DNA of 64,000 nt, from positions 387,872,001 to 387,936,000 of the forward strand of contig OZ024740.1 of assembly GCA_964016885.1 (NCBI GenBank), in the 5' to 3' direction. Every line of letters starts with the position of its first letter. Within the stretch, counting starts at the first letter, position 1. This document shows, piece after piece, positions 27,662 through 40,240 of this stretch. Made by a program: the position numbers and the translations under genes. The DNA is from Eledone cirrhosa (taxonomy: Eukaryota). The notes below the pieces were generated by a model. The model was not told where the DNA came from. It saw only the letters and a program-made list of their open reading frames with translations, and searched no databases.

Positions 27662-29038
27662 GGATTTAAATGGATACAGTTCAGTTAAAAGGAATTTATT
27701 GACACGTCTTTCAATAACAGTTACATAACCTGAAAACAGCTGCTATCTACAAAGTATTAGTTATGCAGACATTCAATATTTCAATGTTATTATCAACTGT
27801 CATTTCATCAGAATAATTTTATTGAGAACCTGTTTGGTTTTTATATAGAATATTAGGAGGGAGGGGTGAAGTTGTTAGAAGAATAGTTAAGGGAGTGGTT
27901 TTTTGATAGCAGTGAGAATTTTTGGTGGCAGTGAGTAATTAGATTCCCATCTGTTGTTTTGACATTTTTATAGAATATATTATTCTGCCGTCACCGAACT
28001 AAAACCCTTTTTTCCCACTACAAGCTGAATATTACATAAAAGAGGGACATCCCCCCAACTATATAAACCTCAATCTAGTTAGAAAAATATAAAAACAATC
28101 TCTTCTCAACATATATATGTATATTAATAACCTTAAATTACCACACTAACAATGGATAGATATGCTGATGAGAATAGGTGCGAATATGCTATAATGAATG
28201 TGTCTAAAAGCGACCATATGTATGTATATATATGTGAAAATGTATATAAATAAGTAAATATATATATATGTTTGATGTGTATAGTTAGATGTATGTTTAT
28301 TCATGTATTAAAGTGTTTATATATATATATATATATACACATAGACAGGAGTATGTATGTATATATGTGTGTGTCTATACGTGTGTATATAAAGATAAGT
28401 TGAGTATGAAAATGTATACACATGAATGCGTATGTAATTTACATATATATATATGTATATATATGTATATATATATATGTGCATGTATATATGTATGTAG
28501 GTATGAGCATGTAAGTATGTGTATGTGAGTATATGTATTTTGTAGAGGTGTGCATATATGTTTGTGTGTGAATGCGTGGGCGAAAGGATACGTACACTTG
28601 AAAGAAAAATTTAAGTCTGAATGTTAATTAAGTGCAAACACAAAACCAACCATGCATATCTTTACTGTCTCTAATCCTTCTATAGATTTAGAAAAAATAA
28701 CCAACGCCAAATAATATATTCTATAAAAATGTCAAAACAACAGATGGGAATCTAATTACTCACTGCCACCAAAAATTCTCACTGCTATCAAAAAACCACT
28801 CCCTTAACTATTCTTCTAACAACTTCACTCCTCCCTCCTAATATTCTCTATAAAAACCAAACAGGTTCTCAATAAAATTATTCTGATGAAATGACAGTTG
28901 ATAATAACATTGAAATATTGAATGTCTGCATAACTAATACTTTGTAGATAGCAGCTGTTTTCAGGTTATGTAACTGTTATTGAAAGACGTGTCAATAAAT
29001 TCCTTTTAACTGAACTGTATCCATTTAAATCCTTCTAT
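27658..29038. mobile_element. Non-coding PLE-type insertion with ~325-bp near-perfect inverted arms, each holding a hammerhead with an enlarged stem II (27694-27818 minus; 28876-29000 plus)
   Basis: 27658-27985 is the reverse complement of 28712-29038. The motif reads CTGATGA-AATGACAGTT...AACTGTTATT-GAAA-GACGTG-TC with stem I TTATT/AATAA. Confidence 0.75.
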
Positions 29039-29207
29039 TTTCTCCGGATTACTTTTGAAACTACAACTGGAACCGTCGAGCAAACTGTACGTGAGCTGTC
29101 CATCTACTGTGTGTAATATTCATATTACAACACTACGGAAAATACTGTATATATATATATATATTAATTCAAAATATTAATAAAATTAGACATTCGTGTG
29201 ATCAAGT

Positions 29208-29275
29208 ATATTTTATTATACATATTTCAGAGGTACTGAGCTATCTTCAAAGTACGACCTCATCAGATAAAATAA
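29208..29275 (-). ncRNA. Minimal type-I hammerhead ribozyme
   Basis: TATTTTAT-CTGATGA-GGTCGTACT...AGTACCTCT-GAAA-TATGTA-TA-ATAAAATA. Confidence 0.82.
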
Positions 29276-29347
29276 GATGATGCATGACATACCCTGACTA
29301 AGTAGAACTTTATTCTTTGATTTATACATTGAACAATGTTTAACCTT

Positions 29348-29444
<97 letters not shown>

Positions 29445-30177
29445 AAACATAAATTATCGAGATTCGCATTTCGGCCCACGAAATAACGAAAAACAACCTC
29501 CGAGATGTGTGGCAAGTGCTCAATGATTCAGATGAACCAGAGCTATAAAAAACGTTAAACGCCGAATACACTGAGACGATGGTTAAACAATCATTCGCAT
29601 AGCCCCCCAAAAAACGATCAAGTAATTAAGTAATTCGGGTATTGAAAATTTACCCGGACCCCTGGAAGGTTGGTAAAATCCAGTATATGGGTTTCTGCGG
29701 CTCCTAGATCAAGTACCGTCCGCTTACATAAATAATGTCAGGCTTCTGGTAAGATGATTGAACAAGGAAGCCACTTTCTCAACAGGTTTTAGTTCAATGT
29801 TAATACAATGACTGACTATTGCTGACCCCACGTGGGGATCGGCAAGGGAGGCAACCCCTATATCAGGCGAATGAATTCAGTTGTGTATATTTTTGCAAGA
29901 ATGCAAAAACATCACAAATCGAATAGAGTTCTCAACAGAGGGGTTATAATATATATATATATATACATATATATACACACACACACACACCCATATATAT
30001 ATATATATAAATATGTATATATATATATGAATAAAATTAGTCCTTCATCAGTGATCTTCCAACCTTCATTGGTTTTTCATCGCTTTAAAATCATATACCA
30101 CTGGTTGGGGCGAACAATAACTAAATAAAGTTATTAGGACAAGTAAAATAGCGTTGAGCGAGCGAGACATGTAAACA

Positions 30178-30258
<81 letters not shown>

Positions 30259-30447
30259 CTCTGAGTCAACATTATCTGATTCCCTTTTATATCAGTGGTC
30301 ATAATGCTTCTGTATTCCTGGCTTGATTGCATTTTGACTCGAATCGTTTGACATTGTCATCTTAATGTTCTTTTGAATGTTTTTCCCATATCTTAGATAT
30401 CACTCGCGCGAGTAAATATATACATGCATATATTATTCAACCTATGC

Positions 30448-30724
30448 CATATGCAAATCGGCAAATGAATCGGATGAACCGGTAATTATATGGCTCTAAC
30501 GTCTCTTACAACATCACGCTAATTGTAAGCGAATATTCCGCTAAATGCACACTTGTCTATATGTTAAGGAAAATCATATTTTAGTATAGTATTTTGACGT
30601 TGATTAACCAGCCTGAACACATACTTATACAGCAATAGAAATATTCCTATACAGAAACAAATATTCTTATATAGCAACAGAAATATTCTTGTACAGTAAC
30701 AGAAATATTCTTATATAGCAACAG

Positions 30725-30730
<6 letters not shown>
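30448..30730 (-). repeat. Inverted duplicate of 25272-25541
   Basis: GCGAATATTCCGCTAAATGCACACTTGTCTATATGTTAAGG...CCAGCCTGAACACATACTTATACAGC is the reverse complement of about 25360-25465. Confidence 0.88.
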
Positions 30731-30790
<60 letters not shown>

Positions 30791-30931
30791 TCTCGACAGC
30801 TATTTCTGGACTACAGAAATAGCCGCTTGAGCTCTGCCGTCGGGGTCATACCTTTTCCTATTACCTACTCTACTACCCTAAGTATTGAGTACTCTGGTGC
30901 GTTATGGTCCATCTGGTTCCTTACCACAATT

Positions 30932-31009
<78 letters not shown>

Positions 31010-31338
31010 CTTAAACGTCTATTCGTCTAATTTGTCCAGGTGTACTTTTTCTCAACCTGATTAGTGCTATCGTTGCTCTGGTATATATATTGTGTGTTAG
31101 TTTAGCCTACCACAATGTTCGATTTGTCAAGCTTTTTAAACGTATCTTATTGCTCTAAGGACCTATCTTTAAATGTATGTTATTACTCTAAGGACCTATC
31201 TTATCGAGTGCTTTGCTAACTCATCATCTCATATAAATAGGCCGAATTCACTTGCAAACCGCCAGAGATTCGATTTTACTGATTTCCAATTAAAATATCT
31301 TCGCTTCGCCGAAATGCGATTCTCGCTGAATTTTTATT

Positions 31339-31374
<36 letters not shown>

Positions 31375-31497
31375 AAAGTTTTATTTAAGATTGTTGGGTT
31401 ACAACGAGTAAATATTTTATAACTGATATAAAAGCACTCAACAGTTTCTGGAGTTACGATATTAAACAAATGGAAACTATATTTATAAAACCATATT

Positions 31498-31563
31498 TAT
31501 TTCGTTATATATATTTCTGGGATATCATATTAAAAATATGGTATGCCTTCCTCAGACAAAATA
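31498..31563 (-). ncRNA. Minimal type-I hammerhead in the PLE 3' pLTR
   Basis: TATTTTGT-CTGAGGA-stem II (CATATT/AATATG)-GAAA-TATATA-TA-ACGAAATA. Confidence 0.8.
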
Positions 31564-32789
31564 CAATACATAAGCTGTTTTATAAATAATTATTGACATA
31601 CCTTATAATAATGCAACTTCCATTTAAAAAGTTGATTTGGTAGTGAAACTGTTATGACAGTTATATAGAAAGAAAAACGAAGATGTGAAGAAGAAGATGA
31701 AGCGATGTATGTAAATAAAAAAAGAAGAAGATGAAGAGATGTATGTAAAGAAAAACAACAGAGCGAGATAGAGAGACAAGGAGATATGGGAGAGAGAAAT
31801 ACATTGAGGAAGTGAAAAAATATAGTAGGCAGCTTTTGGACAGATGATCATCGTATATGTGAGAGGTTAAGGAGGGAAGGGATACAGTTAAACTAGCCGA
31901 CACATAAATCACGTCCAGTGTATAGGAGAAAAAGAGAGAAAGATGATATATTTAAAATATATTAAAAATATATTACGTCTCATCCATTTGAATTATCAAT
32001 TTTTATGAATTAGGTATTATAATGTAAATATCAGTATTCATGAGTGAGACACATATCCATAATGGGTGAAAAAAATGACCACATGCTTAGTTTAAAAATT
32101 CTTAGGTCTATAAGCAAAATCTGAGATAAAACTTCAAACATAAGTATATATGCATTCTCGTGAAAAAAGAAAAAGAGAAAAGAGAAGGTTATCTCACATT
32201 CAAGTTGATAAATATCGACACACATGTGAACCTACGTGATATGCTGCACAGATTCTTATATTTCATGAAAAACTTCATTGCGTTACAAAAGATTCCACCC
32301 TACATACATTTACAGACATATATACATATATATAGACATAAAATATATAAGATATACATTAACATTTAAAATAACAATCCAGCCTCACTTGCATGATTAT
32401 CGATCAAGCATAGAGTAGACAACAGATATCAATATTAAAAATTAAAAACGCCAAGAATATCTTCGTCACTCCACAGAGTATCTAGGGACGCAAGAGAACA
32501 TAGTATGCCACGCATATCGGTCACACAAAATCAGAATCAAAAGCAAACAAAACCAAAATTGTTCACCAAGCCTTATTTAGCAGAAATCATTCAAAACCTA
32601 TTCTACAAATGCTCTTATATTTATTATAGAAGTTTATCCAGCTTAAAAATTTATTCAAAAGATTGGGAGCAACGCCAATTTTAGGGTAGTTTATTTAATC
32701 TCATTAATTATATATTCATGCAGAAAGGTTTTAAAAAAATTGAAGAAATCGAAAGATTTATCGCCAAGTTTCATAAATAGTCAAATATC

Positions 32790-33470
32790 TTAAGTAAATA
32801 TACTACATTTTATACTACATTTTAAATTTATATTATATTTAAAAGTTGAGTTCAATCTATGTCTGCAGCAGCTGAATAAATTGGTTCGTAAATTAAGGGA
32901 ATTTTTAGATTTTAGTATAAAGAATATCTCCTCCGCGCAGAGGTCACATGTCTCAGAAGAGGAATTAAAAGGAATCCCTTTTGAGACTATATTCCAAACC
33001 ATCGAATATCCAACTTTATCATGCTTAAGTTGCCAGAGTAACCCCGACAGCGATGTTGAAGATTTTTTATTTGGATCCGTGAAAGAATTTTTGTGATTAT
33101 TATAGCGAAGTTTACATTCTGTCGAGGTGGAACCAACATAATTAAAAGAATTTAAATCAGTTCTAACATTACAGTTGTATATTATATTTTTAACTAAGCA
33201 ATTGTTATTTAGCGGACATTTAGATCTATCTCTACAGTTACAGTTTTTTACTTGAATATTGTTTAGGCTATTTTCGGTATTTTGGCTAGGTTTTAGATTC
33301 CTATTATTTATTCTATTAATATTTTGTGCTAAATTTTTGGTGGACGAGTACGTTAATTTTATAGTATGTCTATTGAAAATTGAGTGATACTTATGTGTTC
33401 TAGGGAAGCGTTTGTCAAGAGCATTAAAAAATAGTTTAGCGATGTGGGTTTTAATGTTTAGTGAGAAGGG
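32790..33470 (-). CDS. PLE linker + GIY-YIG endonuclease (3' part of the same ORF, after a poly-C frameshift)
   Basis: PPFSLNIKT...FPRTHKYHSIFN...CNCRDRSKCPLNNNCL..NIIY...NYVGST...RYNNHK...CDLCAEE...CRH. Confidence 0.92.
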   Translation of the reverse strand, partial: PFSLNIKTHIAKLFFNALDKRFPRTHKYHSIFNRHTIKLTYSSTKNLAQNINRINNRNLKPSQNTENSLNNIQVKNCNCRDRSKCPLNNNCLVKNIIYNCNVRTDLNSFNYVGSTSTECKLRYNNHKNSFTDPNKKSSTSLSGLLWQLKHDKVGYSMVWNIVSKGIPFNSSSETCDLCAEEIFFILKSKNSLNLRTNLFSCCRHRLNSTFKYNINLKCSIKCSIFT

Positions 33471-35044
33471 GGGGGGGGGGCAAACCATATTATATTTCTA
33501 GTTCTATTTCTTTTCTGGTTTTTGAAATTATTGTAGTGCTTTCTATTATAGTTGTTAAAGTTGTTACTGTAATTAAAATTGTTGTTATTTTGGTTAGTTT
33601 GTCTATTATCGATGTACATAATTTTATCACTATATCCTGCTCTAGCTAAAGCTTCATTATAATACTGGGCTTTTTCGTCAAAAATATTTTTATTGGAAGA
33701 GATTCTAGAGATACGTTTTTGAACAGAGTTCACTATAGTATTTTTAACAGATCTGGGGTGATTGGAGCTAAAATTGACATAATTCAAGTTTTCATTTAAC
33801 TTGTGAAATGGATAGTGAAGACATGTGTTGAGATTAAATGTTACGTCTAGGAAATTGACTATTCTATGGTTATTCTCAATTTCTATTTTTAGATTAAGGT
33901 AATTAAAAAATTGTATAATTTGTTTTCTTTTCTTATTTAGTTCAGAGTTATTATTTTCAATAAGTAAAAGCATGTCATCTCTATATAAACCTCCGGTAAC
34001 ACCGGGTATTTTCCTATGCAGCGAATTAATTATAAATAGGCCCACAAGGTCCGTTACCTGAGCTGAGTCTGATGATCCCATAGTAATGTCAAAATTATTA
34101 TCTCTATCTGCCCTAGTCCATAGTTGGCTATTAAATTCTATCAAAGTTTTCCTTGCCGATAATATAATGTGCATTTCATTGCTAGTTAGGTCTGTATGCT
34201 TGAATGCGTAATTTAGTGCCTTATTAAGTAGATTAGGGGTAATGGATGAATAGTAGTTAGCAATATCTAGTTGAATAAATTTATTATTATTGTTATATTT
34301 AATTTCATTAAACCACTCAATGACCTCCCCAGTTCCCTTCCACAAGGTCAAGCCAGGTAAACAATTCAAGTCCTTAATTTGCTGTATCACTCTGTCTAGA
34401 ATATTCTTGCTAAGTTTACCCAGGTCAGATTTTGATGGTGCAATCAACCTGACTGGCAAGTCATTTTCAAAATTTCTCTTGTGATCTTTCATATTGATCT
34501 TGGGTTTCCTGGGCACGAAAGGTTGTGTTTTGTTCTCAATTTCCAACTCATGCATTATACAAGATGCCTCAACATTCATTTTCTCAAGTTCAGCCTTATC
34601 TGCTACCTTGTACTTTTTCCTTAGTTCTTTCAGTATGAGGCCATTATACATGTCTTTTTCCACTCCATAGAGGTTGTTGGTTTTGTCCGATTTCACCAAG
34701 ATCTTCTCTGTTCTCTCTAAGCTCGCAATGTTATCCTTAATGCTTTTCAGATATTCCTGGCCATTGAAGTTTCTCTTGAATCTGACTCCTTGTATGATAG
34801 AAATTATATCGTTTTCAAAATCATTCAAAAGTTTGTTGGGGGGTGGATTTTTTTTAGATTTGAAGACTCTGTTTAGGTCTGAGACATTTTCGTTTACATT
34901 AGATTTAGATTTATCAAAGTGGAATGCACGCCACCTGATTCTCCTTATAAAGGAGTCTGATTTATCTATTAGTTGTTTAATAAAGTCCTTGTTTCTAGGT
35001 AGAGGTATGTCTTTTAGAGAAGAAGAGATCTTAAAGAATTCCAT
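33458..35044 (-). CDS. PLE reverse transcriptase (5' part of the single ORF)
   Basis: 528-aa open frame with VKSDKT, KDHK...PVRLI, QLDIANYYSSI (motif A), ITMGS (B), LYRDD (C), VNFLDVTFNL and SNHP, all typical of PLE RT. Confidence 0.93.
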   Translation of the reverse strand: MEFFKISSSLKDIPLPRNKDFIKQLIDKSDSFIRRIRWRAFHFDKSKSNVNENVSDLNRVFKSKKNPPPNKLLNDFENDIISIIQGVRFKRNFNGQEYLKSIKDNIASLERTEKILVKSDKTNNLYGVEKDMYNGLILKELRKKYKVADKAELEKMNVEASCIMHELEIENKTQPFVPRKPKINMKDHKRNFENDLPVRLIAPSKSDLGKLSKNILDRVIQQIKDLNCLPGLTLWKGTGEVIEWFNEIKYNNNNKFIQLDIANYYSSITPNLLNKALNYAFKHTDLTSNEMHIILSARKTLIEFNSQLWTRADRDNNFDITMGSSDSAQVTDLVGLFIINSLHRKIPGVTGGLYRDDMLLLIENNNSELNKKRKQIIQFFNYLNLKIEIENNHRIVNFLDVTFNLNTCLHYPFHKLNENLNYVNFSSNHPRSVKNTIVNSVQKRISRISSNKNIFDEKAQYYNEALARAGYSDKIMYIDNRQTNQNNNNFNYSNNFNNYNRKHYNNFKNQKRNRTRNIIWFAPPPPSH

Positions 35045-35568
35045 TTTTTCAGTTATAATATAAAGCGCTCAACGGTATTGGAGCAAAATATATGCAAAAG
35101 TTTTATTTAAGATTGTTGGGTTACAACGAGTAAATATTTTATAACTGATATAAAAGCACTCAACAGTTTCTGGAGTAGGTTTACGATATTAAACAAATGG
35201 AAACTATATTTATATATATGTGATTTATGTGTCGGCTAGTTTAACTGTATCCCTTCCCTCCTTAACCTCTCACATATACGATGATCATCTGTCCAAAAGC
35301 TGCCTACTATATTTTTTCACTTCCTCAATGTATTTCTCTCTCCCATATCTCCTTGTCTCTCTATCTCGCTCTGTTGTTTTTCTTTACATACATCTCTTCA
35401 TCTTCTTCTTTTTTTATTTACATACATCGCTTCATCTTCTTCTTCTCATCTTCGTTTTTCTTTCTATATAACTGTCATAACAGTTTCACTACCAAATCAA
35501 CTTTTTAAATGGAAGTTGCATTATTATAAGGTATGTCAATAATTATTTATAAAACAGCTTATGTATTG

Positions 35569-35634
35569 TATTTTGTCTGAGGAAGGCATACCATATTTTT
35601 AATATGATATCCCAGAAATATATATAACGAAATA
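35569..35634 (+). ncRNA. Minimal type-I hammerhead in the inverted pLTR copy
   Basis: Reverse-complement copy of 31498-31563; CTGAGGA at 35577 and GAAA at 35615. Confidence 0.8.
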
Positions 35635-35674
35635 AATATGGTTTTATAAATATAGTTTCCATTTGTTTAATATC

Positions 35675-35762
<88 letters not shown>

Positions 35763-36252
35763 ATTTATGTGTGTGTATATATATATGTGTGTGTGTGTGT
35801 ATGTCTGTGTGTGTAAACAATCACGCAACGTTTAGAAGACGGTGGCTATTGGAATTTGAAAATGGAATTGCATTAACAACTTTGTCCTTATTTTTTACTA
35901 TACCTTTGAATGATGTTTTTGTCGTTACCGATTTTACTGCGCTTAATTTTATTACTGCTGATGGTACTATCGCTAAAACTGATCTTCAGACGTTGTTCTT
36001 GTTGTTGTTAATGATTCTTAACATTACTGTTGTTTAAATTTCTATATTTTTAAACATTTGCTTCCATATCTTCTGGAACGCTTCCATATATATCAACTTT
36101 AACAGCTTTCATACTTTTCCGAATGGTGGTTAACTCTTTCTTACTAGTGTTATGTAAAGAATCTTGGTCTGTCCAACAGACTCAATGTACTCTCCCTCCA
36201 ATATTATTAAAAAGTGAACAAAATGGGTCTCTCTCTCTCTCTCTCTCTCTCT

Positions 36253-36302
<50 letters not shown>

Positions 36303-36562
36303 CCTCTCTCTCCCTCTCTCTCTTTCTCTCCCTCTCTGTCTCTCTCTACACACACATATATATATAAATTTAAGTATTTGTTGGCTGCTTACCGACACTT
36401 CAGTATGCAGGGTAGAGCACTCAACGGAGTGAGCAGGTGGGTCTGTTTACTCCGGAGTTATTTAAAAACAAGAAGAGTAAGTCAACAGGTTAAAATTAAC
36501 TTCGTATGAATAAACGAAGTTAATTTTAACCTGTTGATTTACACTTCTTGTTTTATATATAT

Positions 36563-36599
<37 letters not shown>

Positions 36600-36703
36600 A
36601 AACAAGAAGTGTAAATCAACAGGTTAAAATTAACTTCGTTTATTCATACGAAGTTAATTTTAACCTGTTGACTTACTCTTCTTGTTTTTAAATTACTCCG
36701 GAG

Positions 36704-36782
<79 letters not shown>

Positions 36783-36787
36783 TATAC

Positions 36788-36869
<82 letters not shown>

Positions 36870-36966
36870 GTATATATATGTATATATATGTATATATATG
36901 TATACATATATATGTATATATATGTATATATATATGTATATATGTATATATATGTATATATATATG

Positions 36967-36995
<29 letters not shown>

Positions 36996-36997
<2 letters not shown>

Positions 36998-37802
36998 TTA
37001 GAAACACACAGATACATGCGGACACACACATATATACATGAATGCATCCGCACCCAACTGTGAGTTAAGGGTGCCAACTTCACCGATGTTGCTCAATGAA
37101 TGACTGGGACAGACCAATTCAGTTTGAACCAGACTGAACCAGTATCAGAGTTAAAAATACATTATGAAGAGAGAAGAAACATTTAGATCTAAATGTTTCT
37201 TCTCTCTTCATAATGTATTTTTAACTCTGATACTGGTTCAGTCTGGTTCAAACTGAATTGGTCTGTCCCAGTCATTCATTGAGCAACATCGGTGAAGTTG
37301 GCACCCTTAACTCACAGTTGGGTGCGGATGCATTCATGTATATATGTGTGTGTCCGCATGTATCTGTGTGTTTCTAAATGTATTAATAACTCCCTCTGGT
37401 CGAGCAATCTTTGAAGTGTGGGGACAACTGGAAGCTTCCATTACTCATACTTCTCGCCTTCTTCACTACCTCTTCTACGGCCTCGATATGAATACCCCCT
37501 CCGCCTCCGTGGTATTTTTTTCGTGGTTATAAGAGGCTTAGCTCTGTTTCTCGACCGTTATATCGCGTGACTATCTCCCCCTCCGCCTTTTGGGATTCTT
37601 TCTCACGTCGTGTAGACGCGTTCTTGAGACTAGTAAAATGAGGTATCCTCTTGATAAGTCGGCAGACCTCGCAAGGACTCTATATCTTTGATATATTGTT
37701 TTTGTTTATGCCACGAAACTACGTAGTCGAGGAATTTAGGAACAGTTTAGGTATGATACATTTTATTACTAATTATATCTAAATGTTTCTTCTCTCTTCA
37801 TA

Positions 37803-37808
<6 letters not shown>
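36996..37808 (+). mobile_element. Non-coding retrozyme-like insertion: 384-bp palindrome + 590-nt terminally redundant unit with a hammerhead
   Basis: 192-bp arms are centred on AGATCT (37187/37188). ATCTAAATGTTTCTTCTCTCTTCATAATGTAT occurs at both 37187 and 37777. A hammerhead-like fold lies at 37646-37733. Confidence 0.75.
37646..37733 (+). ncRNA. Type-I hammerhead with mutated core (probably inactive copy)
   Basis: TCCTC-TTGATAA-GT.GGCA...TGCCAC-GAAA-CTACGTAG(palindrome)-TC-GAGGA. The core differs from CTGATGA at two positions. Confidence 0.65.
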
Positions 37809-37867
<59 letters not shown>

Positions 37868-38064
37868 AAAATTGAACGGGAACAAAACAGAGAGGCAGTA
37901 CGAACAAAGGTTTATTAATTTCACGCTCTTGAGAGTGGGGTGGTGATATATATATATAAAAGAAGTTAATCTCCCCACAGGTACTAAGTACCCCTGGAAA
38001 TATATAGGGTGTCTATGATACAAGGGTTGTTCTATGGTATTAATTTGACATACCAGAACTATAA

Positions 38065-38262
<198 letters not shown>

Positions 38263-38362
38263 AAGAAGTGTAAATCAACAGGTTAAAATTAACTTCGTTT
38301 ATTCATACGAAGTTAATTTTAACCTGTTGACTTACTCTTCTTGTTTTTAAATAACTCCGGAG

Positions 38363-38394
<32 letters not shown>

Positions 38395-38396
<2 letters not shown>

Positions 38397-40240
38397 GATA
38401 TTAAACAAATGGAAACTATATTTATAAAACCATATTTATTTCATTATACATATTTCAGGGATACCATATTAAAAATATGGCATGCCTTCTTCAGATAAAA
38501 TAGAATATATAAGCAGTTTTATAAATAAATTTGACGTACCATAAAATATTGAAACTTCCATTTAAAAAAGTTGGTTTGGTAGTGAAATGTTTGTAAATAT
38601 TTAGTGTTAAGTACAGTTAGAAAGAAAGACCGAGAGAAGGAATAAATGTATGTAAAGAAAAACAGAGAGAGATAGAGAGAGATATGGGAGAGAGAAATAG
38701 TGAGGAGGTGAAAAATGAGAGGCAGCTGAGGTAACAGATGAATAATAATAATTCAACATGCAAATTGAGAGATTTAGGGTGGGGGGAGGAGTACTGTAAT
38801 TATTTATTTATTTATTTATTTAGTTATAGTGTTAAGGAGACGGAGATATATAACTAAAGAGAAAACAGCGATACATAAAATTACATCATGTATAGAGGGA
38901 GGAGAAGAAAGCTATATCAAGAGAGAGGGATGACAGATTTACAACTTTACGTTATGTCCTATCAATTTGAATTATCAATTCATATGAATTGGGTATTATA
39001 CTGTAAATATCAATATTCATGAATGAGACATAGATATATAATGTGTGAAAAATAATGACCATATGTTTAGTTTAAACATTTTTAGGTCGATATATTAAAA
39101 CCTGAGGTAAAACCTCAAAATACATAAGTATATATGTACTTTCCGGAAAAAGAAAGAAAGAGAAAAAGAGAAGGTCATCTCAAGTTCTAGTTGACACTAT
39201 AGATATACATACGTGATCAGCTCTGTAATTTCTTATTTCACATGAAAAAATGTTCCTTTGCGTTATAAAAGATTTTACTATATATATATATATATACATA
39301 CATACACATACATAAAAAATATAAAATATATATTAATATTAATATTCCTGCCCTCACATACATGATTATCGTTCATGTATAGAATAGACAACAGATATCC
39401 ATATATCAAAACGCTAAGAATACTTTCATCACTCCCTAGAGTGTCTAGGGCCTTAAAAAAACACAGTATGGCCACCATATCGACCACAGAAATCAACCCT
39501 TCCAATTTATCTGACAATATATTGCCAAGTTCATTAGAAGCAATCCGAATCAAAAGCAAACAAAAAATCAAAATTATTCAACAAGACTTATCTAGCAGAA
39601 ATCATTTAAAAGATTTAGGAGACCCTGTTGTTCTACAGATGCTCTTATATTTAGTATAGAAGTTTATCTAGCGTAAAATTTATTCAATAGATTGGGAGCA
39701 TCTACATTTTAGAGTAGTTTAATTACATCATTAGTATATAATTATGAAGAAGGTTTAAAAAAGAAAAAGTTGAAGGAATCGAAAGATTTATCGTCATGTT
39801 TCATAATTAATTAAATAAATAAAAGATTTATCGTCATGTTTCATAATTAATTAAATAAATATCATAACTAAATATACTACATTTTAAATTTATATTTATA
39901 TTTAAACGTTGAGTTCAATCTATGTCTGCAGCAACTGAATAAATTGCTCCTTAGATTAAAGGGAATTTTTAGATTTTAATATAAAGAATATCTCCTCCAC
40001 GCAGAGGTCACATGTCTCAGATGAGGAATTAAAAGGAATCCCTCTTGATTATCTGAAGAAGGCATGCCATATTTTTAATATGGTATCCCTGAAATATGTA
40101 TAATAAAATAAATATGGTTTTATAAATATAGTTTCCATTTGTTTAATATCGTATATCTACTCCAAAACTTGTTGAGTGCTTTATATCAGTTATAAAATAT
40201 TTACTCGTTGTAACCCAACAATTTTAAATAAAACTTTTGC
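38395..40240 (-). mobile_element. 5'-truncated relative of the 31.4-kb PLE with an inverted pLTR (40049-40240)
   Basis: 39880-40048 matches the GIY-YIG C-terminus (GIPFNSSSETCDLCVEEIFFILKSKN). The long 3' tail is homologous to 31456-32790. Hammerheads lie at 38437-38502 (-) and 40049-40110 (+), both CTGAAGA...GAAA-TATGTA-TA. Confidence 0.88.

Larger units (their letters stand above)
31369..35676 (-). mobile_element. Near-full-length EN+ Penelope-like retroelement (Nematis-like) with direct pseudo-LTR and inverted 5' segment
   Basis: RT+GIY-YIG ORF. The 3' end 31369-31490 is repeated directly upstream of the ORF (35092-35212). 35219-35676 is an inverted copy of 31456-31913. (TA)n lies on both flanks, and both copies carry a hammerhead. 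Confidence 0.93.

Noticed and set aside
29808-29882. GC-rich hairpin cluster (TTGCTGA-CCCCACGTGGGG-ATCGGCAA) as a hammerhead or HDV-like ribozyme
   Set aside because: The core would be CTGACTA/GGGA rather than CTGANGA/GAAA, and I could not build the HDV nested double pseudoknot.
32790-35044. Selenoprotein-type (Naiad) or permuted-domain PLE
   Set aside because: The endonuclease is C-terminal and there are no in-frame TGA codons; this is the canonical domain order.
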